A stretch of DNA of 20,000 nucleotides. Origin: an uncultured virus (IMG/VR IMGVR_UViG_3300005573_000084) (lineage: Duplodnaviria; Heunggongvirae; Uroviricota; Caudoviricetes). The first letter of the stretch is position 1; every line of letters starts with the position of its first letter. Below, one piece after another: positions 7,745 to 15,642 of this stretch. The stretch lies in the IMG/VR virus record IMGVR_UViG_3300005573_000084; one strand, written 5' to 3'. The notes below the pieces were generated by a model, which worked only from the letters and a program-made list of their open reading frames with translations, did no database searches and had not been told where the DNA came from. Both the position numbers and the translations under genes were made by a program.

Positions 7745-7785
7745 ATCAAATTGTTGCTTTCTTCAGAGAATTTCTTAGTATACAT
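7735..7785 (-). pseudogene. Candidate 5' remnant of the interrupted ankyrin gene (MYTKKFSEESNNLIKN*)
   Basis: ATG 13 nt after the stop of 7799..9574; 16-codon frame that joins in frame to the ankyrin fragment if the element is removed. Confidence 0.4.
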
Positions 7786-7798
7786 TGGTATAGTGTTT

Positions 7799-9574
7799 TT
7801 ATCTTAAAATTTTTCCACTCCATAATCTATATTCTTCAAATATATTATTGAATAAATTGTGGATACATTTTGGAGTTAACTCCATAAAAAGTGAATAATT
7901 GTTATCTTCAATTGCTCTAAATGCATTAAGCTTATCTTCATTTTCTAATTCTCCGACATTTAGATCTTTTTGAACATTTATTCTTCCTCCCATGACTTCT
8001 TCTTCAAAAAATAATTGAATGGCTATTTCTGATTTTTTACCCTTATCTGTAATGATTACTATTGGTTCAAATCTTGGACGACAGAGTTCGAATATTTCCT
8101 TTAAGCTCCATGTTGATAATAAACTATAAAAAGGAATTAATTCTGGATTGTTTTCAGATAAAGATTTCATTTGAGCTTCTATTAAATTATCACTTGGATA
8201 AAATTCTGTTCCTATTAAATTATGTTTATTACTTATGCTCATTAAAACAACAGGACAATTCCAATTTTTATTTATAATTTGAACATTATTCATTTGTGAA
8301 ATTGTAAATGGCTCAAATGATGTAATATAAACTGCGCACTTTGTTTCTCCTCTTTTTGCGTTTGATATTATTGGTTCAAATGTTTTTTGTATTGAGGATA
8401 TAACTCTCATGTTATCTATGTCTGTATATTTTCTCTTCTTTATTTCATCTATAACAACATTATCAGATCTAGATTCAAATAATTGTTGATCTTTAACTTC
8501 TTTAAAGTTATTAATATAATTATTTATGAGATTCACATAATTATTAAATTTTTCAACAATTGTTTCATTTAATAAACCGTGAGGCTTTTTAGTCTTTCTT
8601 AATGATGATAAAAAAACTTTAAATAAAGCTTCATATATAGGAGCTTTATTAATTAATTCTAATGTTTCTTCGTTTGTTATTAGTTTTTTGTTTAATTTTC
8701 CGTTATATCCAAATTGTAAAGGAGTGAGATATTTTTCATCCAAATTCTCATCAATTACTTTATTTTTACAGTAATTGTTAAATATATTATAAATGATATT
8801 TAAATATAATTCATCTTTATTTTCAGCTTCTAAAATAGGAATATTATAATTTGATAAAAAATTACTAAGATCTGTTATAATTATATCATAAAAATCTCTA
8901 GATTCATTTTCTTTTTCATAAGCTTCATTAAGTAATTCAAATTCATAAGAGATTATCTGAGCTAATTTATCTCCAGATTTAATGATAATTCCTTCTATAA
9001 TATCCTCTTTAGAATATGATGCTCCAAGAGTCTTTTTTATCATTTCAGAGAAAGTTAACGTTTCTCCATTATATTGTTTTGTGTCATAAGCTATAAGAAG
9101 TCTTTTTTGTTCATCTGTTAATTTTCCCTCAAATAAAATTGGAGGTCTCCCCATACATAATATTGAAGCCCAATTTTTTACTTCATCATAATCTAAAGAT
9201 TCTACAATTTTATTGTAACTATTTCTTTTTGTAACATCTGTTAAAATATATTTTGGAATTTTAGAATAAGGAATTCTTAAAGGTCTCTCTGTAGGAGTAT
9301 AATAAAATCCAAAAAAATATCCTTCAGGAATGTTAACATCTTTAGTAATTAAAGGAATTTCTGTAATAGCATCTTCATATATGTCTGTTAAAACTCTTGA
9401 AGGTAAATCGATTTTTTCATTATTTTTTTTATAAAAGATATATTGATCTCCTTTTTTCTCGAAGATTAATCTAAAAGTATCAATCTTTTCAGTGATTATT
9501 ACATTTTCTTTAAGAAAATTTTCAACATATTTTGGTCCTCTTTTATCTAAGACCTCATATAATCTATTAATCAT
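7799..9574 (-). CDS. Fusion of an RNA-ligase-like nucleotidyltransferase domain and a HIGH-type (cytidyltransferase-like) domain, motifs degenerate
   Basis: N-terminal ITEKIDT (motif I KxDG), PPILFEG, IEGIIIK (motif IV EGxxxK); C-terminal AVYITSFEPFTISQ at the GxFxPxHxGH position; tail AIEDNNYSLFMELTP resembles DVLNNDYENFKTNYP of 18299..18937. Confidence 0.6.
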   Translation of the reverse strand: MINRLYEVLDKRGPKYVENFLKENVIITEKIDTFRLIFEKKGDQYIFYKKNNEKIDLPSRVLTDIYEDAITEIPLITKDVNIPEGYFFGFYYTPTERPLRIPYSKIPKYILTDVTKRNSYNKIVESLDYDEVKNWASILCMGRPPILFEGKLTDEQKRLLIAYDTKQYNGETLTFSEMIKKTLGASYSKEDIIEGIIIKSGDKLAQIISYEFELLNEAYEKENESRDFYDIIITDLSNFLSNYNIPILEAENKDELYLNIIYNIFNNYCKNKVIDENLDEKYLTPLQFGYNGKLNKKLITNEETLELINKAPIYEALFKVFLSSLRKTKKPHGLLNETIVEKFNNYVNLINNYINNFKEVKDQQLFESRSDNVVIDEIKKRKYTDIDNMRVISSIQKTFEPIISNAKRGETKCAVYITSFEPFTISQMNNVQIINKNWNCPVVLMSISNKHNLIGTEFYPSDNLIEAQMKSLSENNPELIPFYSLLSTWSLKEIFELCRPRFEPIVIITDKGKKSEIAIQLFFEEEVMGGRINVQKDLNVGELENEDKLNAFRAIEDNNYSLFMELTPKCIHNLFNNIFEEYRLWSGKILR

Positions 9575-9588
9575 GTTTTAAATATTTT

Positions 9589-9602
9589 TATTATATATAT
9601 TT
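9589..9602 (-). promoter_or_regulatory. Putative late promoter AAATATATATAATA
   Basis: RATATATAA-type motif about 15 nt upstream of the 591-aa ORF, immediately downstream of a terminator. Confidence 0.4.
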
Positions 9603-9632
9603 AAAAAAAATAGGGATTGAAAGAATCCCTAT
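9603..9632 (-). terminator. Rho-independent terminator
   Basis: Minus strand ATAGGGATT-CTTTC-AATCCCTAT 9-bp stem followed by a T run, about 20 nt after the stop of 9654..10415. Confidence 0.8.
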
Positions 9633-9653
9633 ATTTAATTTTTTTAATTTATT

Positions 9654-10415
9654 TTATTTCCATGAATCTGGTATCAAATCATATTTTCCCATTTGTCTAG
9701 CTCTTTTCTTTATATGTCTTTTAGCTAATTCAGGATCTTTAGCTCTTCCGTGAGCTTTAATTGCATTCTTAAGATCTTCTACTGTAACTATTGGAAAAGA
9801 TCCATCTGGTAAAGCTTTTCCTTCTTTAGCAAGTTTTTCTCTTCTACTCCCTGAAAATTCTCTTTCATTGATAAGTTTTGCTTTTATAATATATTTTTTA
9901 TTATAATTTGTGCTTTCTTTAAGTTCATTATACATAGATTCAAAAAATTCATCAAAAGATTTATCAAATACAGTCCTAACAATACCTACTATTTCAGTTG
10001 GACTCAATACTTCACTAATATCACGTGCTTTAACTTGTTTATACATTTCATCTAGAATATCATATATCTTATATTTAAGATTATTTTTTTCAATAGATTC
10101 TTTTAAAATAGAATAAGTTTTTTTGCTTAAATAATTTTTCTTTTGTTTTACTGTAGAATTCTCATTTAAATTCATTGAACGATTTTTAATAAAATCAAGA
10201 CCCTTTTCATTTAATCCGCTTTCTTCTGACCAATATTCTGATAATTCAGTAAGAAATGAATCTTGTGAAGCTTCATCTAAATTTTTTACAGAAGTTATAC
10301 CGTAATTATCCAGCATAGTTTTATATATAAGATTAAAATCATTTAAAATCTTATTTTCGTGAAGTTTTTCAGCTTCATTTATTTTCTGTTTATAAACTTC
10401 TATAAACTTTTTCAT
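9654..10415 (-). CDS. Putative head-associated protein with C-terminal DUF6582-like domain
   Basis: C-terminal RREKLAKEGKALPDGSFPIVTVEDLKNAIKAHGRAKDPELAKRHIKKRARQMGKYDLIPDSW resembles a small domain I recall from phage head/prohead-protease proteins; many [LI]xE sites (INE, LHE, LNE, LKE); GAATATATAAATA upstream at 10434-10446. Confidence 0.55.
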   Translation of the reverse strand: MKKFIEVYKQKINEAEKLHENKILNDFNLIYKTMLDNYGITSVKNLDEASQDSFLTELSEYWSEESGLNEKGLDFIKNRSMNLNENSTVKQKKNYLSKKTYSILKESIEKNNLKYKIYDILDEMYKQVKARDISEVLSPTEIVGIVRTVFDKSFDEFFESMYNELKESTNYNKKYIIKAKLINEREFSGSRREKLAKEGKALPDGSFPIVTVEDLKNAIKAHGRAKDPELAKRHIKKRARQMGKYDLIPDSWK

Positions 10416-10550
10416 AACAAACTTAATTTATTTTATTTATATATTCACATATTTTTATAAAAAAATTAAAGTATTTTATTTTTATATATAAAAACTTTAA
10501 CATATATTTAAAATACTATTAAATAGTTTGGCATACTTTTTATTGTATTA

Positions 10551-10558
10551 TATAAATA
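10551..10558 (+). promoter_or_regulatory. TATAAATA T4-late-type promoter motif
   Basis: Exact TATAAATA ending 9 nt before the ATG of the only plus-strand gene. Confidence 0.4.
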
Positions 10559-10567
10559 AAAAACAAT

Positions 10568-11548
10568 ATGAAAAAGTTTATTTTAATTATTTTTATACTA
10601 TTGATGGGATCGATAGTTTTATCTCAGGAAAATACGAGAAAATTATCTGATTATGAAAAGTATGTAATGGAAAAAGAAAAACAAAAAAACAGTGGACAGA
10701 AAAATGACACAATCATTATTTATGACACATTAGCTGTAAATTCAGCAACAGAAAAAGAAGAAAACGATGATTTATATTACACTCCTCGCAAAAGTAATAA
10801 TAAATCTAATAATCATAATTATGTTAACACAAAAGATAACTCAAGTGAAAAAGTAATAGTTCAAAATAATTATTATACCAACTATTATGATTATGATGAT
10901 TTTTGTTACTCATTTGTAATATATCGCTTAAACGGTTTCTATTATTATAGATATTTTGGTCCATTTTTTTATGATTACGTAAGGTTTTATTGGTATCATC
11001 CTTGGTATCATCCTTGGTATCATCCTTGGTATAATGCATTTTACGATTGGTATTACTTTTCATATTATCCGCATTATTTAAACTATTCTATATACTTTTA
11101 TTCATATAAACCACACTATATAAACTATGCTCATAAAACTATAATTCATAAAAACATTGAGGTGGACAGAAGAACTCGTAATGTCATTGGAATAAGAGAT
11201 GATAAAACAAATATATCAAATTCTCGAAGACCTATAACAACACAACAAATAAATAGAAACTCTTATAATTCACAAAGAAGTCAAGAACGCACTTATGAAA
11301 GAAAACCTGCAGAAAGACGCTCATATCAACCAACATATAATCGATCAGAAGTAAATTCTACACCAGTATATAATAGTGGAAGAAGATACTCAACAAATAG
11401 CTATAATGATTCTAGATCTTCATATTCTAATACTAGAAATATAGATAGAAGTTATTCTTCAGGTACTCTAAGATCTTCTAATGAATATTCTAGAAATGTA
11501 AATAGAAGTTCTTATTCACCTACATCTACAACTAATAGGAGAAGATAA
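10568..11548 (+). CDS. Secreted/envelope low-complexity protein (signal peptide, DDLYY motif, Y/W-rich middle, R/S/N-rich tail)
   Basis: MKKFILIIFILLMGSIVLSQ signal peptide; ENDDLYYTP; aromatic-rich block with WYHP repeats; disordered Arg/Ser tail ending NRRR. Architecture recalls Bacteroidota hypothetical envelope proteins. Confidence 0.7.
   Translation: MKKFILIIFILLMGSIVLSQENTRKLSDYEKYVMEKEKQKNSGQKNDTIIIYDTLAVNSATEKEENDDLYYTPRKSNNKSNNHNYVNTKDNSSEKVIVQNNYYTNYYDYDDFCYSFVIYRLNGFYYYRYFGPFFYDYVRFYWYHPWYHPWYHPWYNAFYDWYYFSYYPHYLNYSIYFYSYKPHYINYAHKTIIHKNIEVDRRTRNVIGIRDDKTNISNSRRPITTQQINRNSYNSQRSQERTYERKPAERRSYQPTYNRSEVNSTPVYNSGRRYSTNSYNDSRSSYSNTRNIDRSYSSGTLRSSNEYSRNVNRSSYSPTSTTNRRR
10991..11032 (+). 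repeat. 12-bp tandem repeat TGGTATCATCCT x3.5 (WYHP repeats)
   Basis: tggtatcatcct tggtatcatcct tggtatcatcct tggtat read directly. Confidence 0.95.
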
Positions 11549-11551
11549 AAT

Positions 11552-11647
11552 TTATTTTTTAATAGGAGGTCTTGTTTTAGTTGTTTTTACTGTTTGAGGT
11601 TTATTTTTTCCGCATCCGCAACCTTCATATAATTCACTTCTATTCAT
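11552..11647 (-). CDS. 31-aa microprotein MNRSELYEGCGCGKNKPQTVKTTKTRPPIKK (not in ORF track)
   Basis: ATG 11647 to TAA 11552 fills the gap between 11663..11875 and the convergent plus-strand gene; GCGCGK motif and basic tail. Confidence 0.65.
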   Translation of the reverse strand: MNRSELYEGCGCGKNKPQTVKTTKTRPPIKK

Positions 11648-11662
11648 ATTATGTTTTTTAAA

Positions 11663-11875
11663 TTATTTAACGTTTTCTTCTTTATCAAAGTAATCTTCCA
11701 CATTTTCCTCTTTAGCCATATCAAAAATAAGTTTCTTATTAGCTTTATATAGCTTATATAAATCTGAAGTTGATACTTTCTTTATTTGCTGATCTATCTT
11801 TTCTTCTGTCGCTCCTTTTTCAATCATTTCTTGAACCATTTCCGCCAATTCAGTTATCATATCTAGTATTGCCAT
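11663..11875 (-). CDS. Hypothetical acidic helical protein (70 aa)
   Basis: Intact ORF downstream of uvsW with GAATAAATAAAA upstream. Confidence 0.65.
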   Translation of the reverse strand: MAILDMITELAEMVQEMIEKGATEEKIDQQIKKVSTSDLYKLYKANKKLIFDMAKEENVEDYFDKEENVK

Positions 11876-11911
11876 AGTAGAATATTTTTTTTATTTATTC
11901 TTTTGTAAAAT

Positions 11912-13447
11912 TTACAATTTAACATAAAAAGATTTAAACGGAAACCCTCTATCTTTATAAATTTGTTCTCTGGATTTAGCGTGTCGATATAAATAATTAT
12001 ATCTTTGATATTTATGTGACCCGTAAACAAAATTATCTGTAAAATCGATAACAGTTATTACTTCTTTTCCTTCCATTAATCTCATGCCACGCCCTAAAAT
12101 TTGTCTTACAATATATTCAGAACGGTATGATTCTACTATAAATATATTATGTAAATTGTTTATTGATATACCTTCTGAAAATACTCCAACACTTGCTACA
12201 ATAATCACATTTTCTTTTTCTTCCATTTGTTTTTTATAATAATCTCTATTTTCTGCTTTAGTATTTCCATCTATATAATAAACAGTTTTATCTGTATTCT
12301 CTTTTAAATAATTAAATATTTTTCTTCCATAATCATTCTTAATATCAGAAAATAGAACTAATGAATTTTTTGTTGACTTTGATATTGTATTGCATACATA
12401 AACTAATCTTTTATAATTTTCTCTAACAATATCTTTCTCAAGATTTAATAATTTAACTCCATCTTTTTCTTCTGTTTTTACACTTCTCAAATTATATAGT
12501 TTTTCTTTAATTTCTTCATCCAAATAATCTAACTCTATGCCTACAACCTTTACTGGTGTTGCAAATTTTGAAGCAATTAAATCTGAAGATTTAACCATGT
12601 ATACACATGGTCCTAAATATGATTGAATTATAAATGAATTTAATGAATCTTCTTCAGGAAGAGTTCCCGTCATTCCAACATTATATTTTGAATTATAACA
12701 CTTTATAATAATATTTCTTATAGAAGAGTTTTTAGCGTGATGAGTTTCATCTATAAAAACCGCATCAAATTTAGAAAAATATGTTAAATCTTTTTTAACT
12801 AACGATTGAAATGTTCCGAATACAATATTGGCGCCATCATCTTCATCTTTTCTTCCGCCAAAAACGGTTTTAGATTTCCATGTTGGTTTTTTATTACACG
12901 CATCTTCATATATATAAAATTCTTCTTCTGTTTGGTTTACTAAAGAAATGCTGGGCACAACATATAGCATTTTATTTATAATATGTTTATCAAACAAATA
13001 ACGAAAAAGTAAAAATGCCATAAGAGTTTTTCCTCCTGATGTGGAAATTTCCTCAACACAGTTTCTATATTTTAGTATTCTAGCAACTCCTTCTATTTGA
13101 TAATCTCTTGGTTGTTTTTCATTTTCTTCAAAATATGTATTAACCCATTCTATAAAATCAGATTCATCAAAATTTTTGTCGTAAATATATTCTATTCCCT
13201 CGATTTCAAGATTAAACATAAACTTTTGTGATAGCTTCTGGAGTTCATTCCATAAACCAATAGGTACTCTATTATATTTGTCTATAAATTTAGTTTCAAA
13301 TACTTTTGGCCTATTAGTACTTCTATCTCTTATAGCAGCCCAATTAACAACTTTCTTTGTAAATGAATGTTGAAGTTGCTCATATTCTAATTCAGTAGAA
13401 TCCACTAAAACTAAAAATTTTTTACTTCCATCAACTTTAAATTTCAT
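11912..13447 (-). CDS. uvsW: UvsW-like superfamily 2 DNA helicase
   Basis: Q-motif PRDYQ, Walker A STSGGKT, DETH (DExH), motif III GMTGT, FSEGISINNLH, motif VI QILGRGMR; about 500 aa in a T4-like context. Confidence 0.9.
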   Translation of the reverse strand: MKFKVDGSKKFLVLVDSTELEYEQLQHSFTKKVVNWAAIRDRSTNRPKVFETKFIDKYNRVPIGLWNELQKLSQKFMFNLEIEGIEYIYDKNFDESDFIEWVNTYFEENEKQPRDYQIEGVARILKYRNCVEEISTSGGKTLMAFLLFRYLFDKHIINKMLYVVPSISLVNQTEEEFYIYEDACNKKPTWKSKTVFGGRKDEDDGANIVFGTFQSLVKKDLTYFSKFDAVFIDETHHAKNSSIRNIIIKCYNSKYNVGMTGTLPEEDSLNSFIIQSYLGPCVYMVKSSDLIASKFATPVKVVGIELDYLDEEIKEKLYNLRSVKTEEKDGVKLLNLEKDIVRENYKRLVYVCNTISKSTKNSLVLFSDIKNDYGRKIFNYLKENTDKTVYYIDGNTKAENRDYYKKQMEEKENVIIVASVGVFSEGISINNLHNIFIVESYRSEYIVRQILGRGMRLMEGKEVITVIDFTDNFVYGSHKYQRYNYLYRHAKSREQIYKDRGFPFKSFYVKL

Positions 13448-13461
13448 GGTTAAAATTTATG

Positions 13462-13911
13462 TTACTTTCCTCGAGATATTTGTTCAATCTCTACTCTCTT
13501 TGATATACCATAAATAATCGAATCAATAGTTTTTATACATTGATCTATAAATTTTGCATGGTTACTAAGAATTTCTCTCTTTTCTACAATCTCATGTAAA
13601 TCTGTTAAAATTCTATTATGTTTAGCGTTTTCAGTTGGATATCTTATCTGAGATTTTGTTGTATAATAATCGTAGCGCTCAGAGTATGCTGAAGAATATT
13701 TTTTATTTATTTTAATCACCCAATCCATTAAATAATGATAATAATCAACACATCTTTGTCTTTCTGTATAAATAGTTGTCATTAGTTCTGGAATATCAAA
13801 TACATTCTTTAATTTATTTGATATATTTGCTATTTTTTCATTCCACTCTAAACGCTCTCTTTCAAATCTTTTTTCTAGAGACTCTTCTTCGTTTAATATA
13901 ATATTTTCCAT
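13462..13911 (-). CDS. uvsY: UvsY-like recombination mediator
   Basis: Helical 149-aa protein immediately upstream of uvsW; RYDYYTTK...ILTDL...FIDQCIKTIDSIIYGISKRVEIEQISRG follows the UvsY pattern (YYxGK...ADxD...FLxxxxKxIxxxxxxIKxxIE...G). Confidence 0.6.
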   Translation of the reverse strand: MENIILNEEESLEKRFERERLEWNEKIANISNKLKNVFDIPELMTTIYTERQRCVDYYHYLMDWVIKINKKYSSAYSERYDYYTTKSQIRYPTENAKHNRILTDLHEIVEKREILSNHAKFIDQCIKTIDSIIYGISKRVEIEQISRGK

Positions 13912-13915
13912 TTTT

Positions 13916-14095
13916 TTAAAATAATTTATTAGTAGATGAATCTTTTTTATGTTTTGTTATTTTCACAATCTTTATTTTCTTTTTAATTGATTTGGCCGGA
14001 AACTTCGCCTTTACATCTAACCCAGGAAAATCTTCCTGTTCTTCAAAGTTAAACTTTAAATTTAAAATAGGTTTTAATAGTTTTTTCTTTTCCAT
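13916..14095 (-). CDS. 59-aa basic protein ending in KLF (not in ORF track)
   Basis: MEKKKLLKPILNLKFNFEEQEDFPGLDVKAKFPAKSIKKKIKIVKITKHKKDSSTNKLF*; overlaps the end of 14074..14493 and stops 4 nt before the uvsY ATG. Confidence 0.7.
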   Translation of the reverse strand: MEKKKLLKPILNLKFNFEEQEDFPGLDVKAKFPAKSIKKKIKIVKITKHKKDSSTNKLF

Positions 14096-14493
14096 TTTGG
14101 GCTTCTTTTATTATAACTTCTTATTGAAGAATCGTAATATGTATTAATGCATTTTAAAATATATTTAAAAGTTTTTCCAGAAAAATATATTCCTCTCTTT
14201 TTTGCTTCTTTAAGACCTCTAATCCATGCCTCATATTCAATCAATGATGTATCTTCATTTACTAAATTTTCAAATTTCTTTGAAACAAGTGTATGACCTA
14301 TTTCATGAAAAAGTGTTGCTAACTTCTTTTCATAGTCATCAAATATGCCTAAAATTATATGTTCATTATCAATAACGTATCCATTTTCTTTTACTTCATC
14401 TAAGTCATATATCTCTTTTAGCTTTTTAGCATTCTTTTTATTAATCTGTGTTAATCTTAAATTATAATCTTTTGCAATTTTAGATAATCTCAT
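14074..14493 (-). CDS. HExxH zinc metallopeptidase-like protein (ImmA/IrrE-like)
   Basis: ATLFHEIGH with a downstream IEYEAW third-ligand motif. Confidence 0.6.
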   Translation of the reverse strand: MRLSKIAKDYNLRLTQINKKNAKKLKEIYDLDEVKENGYVIDNEHIILGIFDDYEKKLATLFHEIGHTLVSKKFENLVNEDTSLIEYEAWIRGLKEAKKRGIYFSGKTFKYILKCINTYYDSSIRSYNKRSPKWKRKNY

Positions 14494-14523
14494 ATAAAAC
14501 TATTTTTTAATTATTTATTTTTT

Positions 14524-15642
14524 TTAAATGTCTATTATGTCAAACTGATTATCCGAAAAATATAAATTAAAGTTTGGAACTTTTATATTATTATTCTTAA
14601 AATAAATTAATAGATCATTAAGATCCCATTTTTTTCTATATGGAAGATTGTAATCTCTTTTTAACTTTGACCATAAAAATACTTCATATTTATCATTTAT
14701 TTTCTCTATGCTTTTTTTTCTACCAATTTCATCATCATCATACCAGTATCTTAAATTTATTTCTATAGGAAAACTTTTATGAATTCCTGTATTAGCTATA
14801 GAATTTTTAAATAAAAAGCAATCTAAAGGTCCTTCAAATAATGTTATTTTTTTAGAATAATTAACTGTAAGTATATTGAATATCTGAGACAATGTATCTA
14901 ATTCATCTATTAATTTTTCATCTTCTATCTTAGGTTTTCTCATAAGCTCATATAACTTACTAAATTTATAAGTCATATACTTATTTCTTTGATCAAAATT
15001 TCTTTTTTGAATGCCTAAAATCTTTCCAGATTGTGTTAAATTTAATATAACAAGATAGTTTTTGCTTATATTATACAAAAACTTTGATTCATCAAATTGT
15101 AATCGATTTTTAAGCCAAATCGATACGGGTGTATTTTTAACTTCAACTAGTCCAAAGAATCTTTTAAATTCTTCTCTATCAATAGCGTATTTTTCTATTT
15201 CATCTACATTCATGAATATAGAAATGTCATACTTATAATTACTTTGAACAGAAAAATCACTTATATTTTGCGATATATAATCTACGACATTTAAATCTAA
15301 TTCTACATTAAAATCTTTGAAAAAATTATCTATTCTTTTAAATTCTCCACAATTATGGCATTTATAATAATTAGCAAATTTTCCTTGTAATATAAAGTTT
15401 CCTCGTTTTTTATAATCATTTTTCATACTGTCCATACAATATGGACAAGCAAAAGATATACGATCTTTATGCTGTTGTATTCTTCTTTTTATAGGATTAT
15501 TATGAAATACTCTATCTAAAATAGGTTGCAATAAAGATATGAGTTTCTCTCTGTATTCTTGAGAAGATAATACAGACGAATCGATATTTAAAGGAGATGA
15601 GCTTAAGCTCATCTCCTTCATATCATTAGTTTGCATAATCAT
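14524..15642 (-). CDS. gp61: DNA primase (T4 gp61-like)
   Basis: Zn ribbon FACPYCMDS...KKRGN...YKCHNCG; TOPRIM LFEGPLD, YDDD (DxD), KWDLND; start overlaps the SSB stop (ATGA). Confidence 0.88.
   Translation of the reverse strand: MIMQTNDMKEMSLSSSPLNIDSSVLSSQEYREKLISLLQPILDRVFHNNPIKRRIQQHKDRISFACPYCMDSMKNDYKKRGNFILQGKFANYYKCHNCGEFKRIDNFFKDFNVELDLNVVDYISQNISDFSVQSNYKYDISIFMNVDEIEKYAIDREEFKRFFGLVEVKNTPVSIWLKNRLQFDESKFLYNISKNYLVILNLTQSGKILGIQKRNFDQRNKYMTYKFSKLYELMRKPKIEDEKLIDELDTLSQIFNILTVNYSKKITLFEGPLDCFLFKNSIANTGIHKSFPIEINLRYWYDDDEIGRKKSIEKINDKYEVFLWSKLKRDYNLPYRKKWDLNDLLIYFKNNNIKVPNFNLYFSDNQFDIIDI
15591..15618 (-). terminator. Perfect 28-bp palindrome just after the SSB stop; terminator/attenuator inside the primase 5' coding region
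   Basis: AAGGAGATGAGC-TTAA-GCTCATCTCCTT, 20 nt downstream of the SSB stop, with only a short T run on the minus strand. Confidence 0.65.

Noticed and set aside
10527..10545. Sigma54-like site TTGGCATACTTTTTAT
   Set aside because: The -24 TTGGCA is present but the required GC at -12 is AT.
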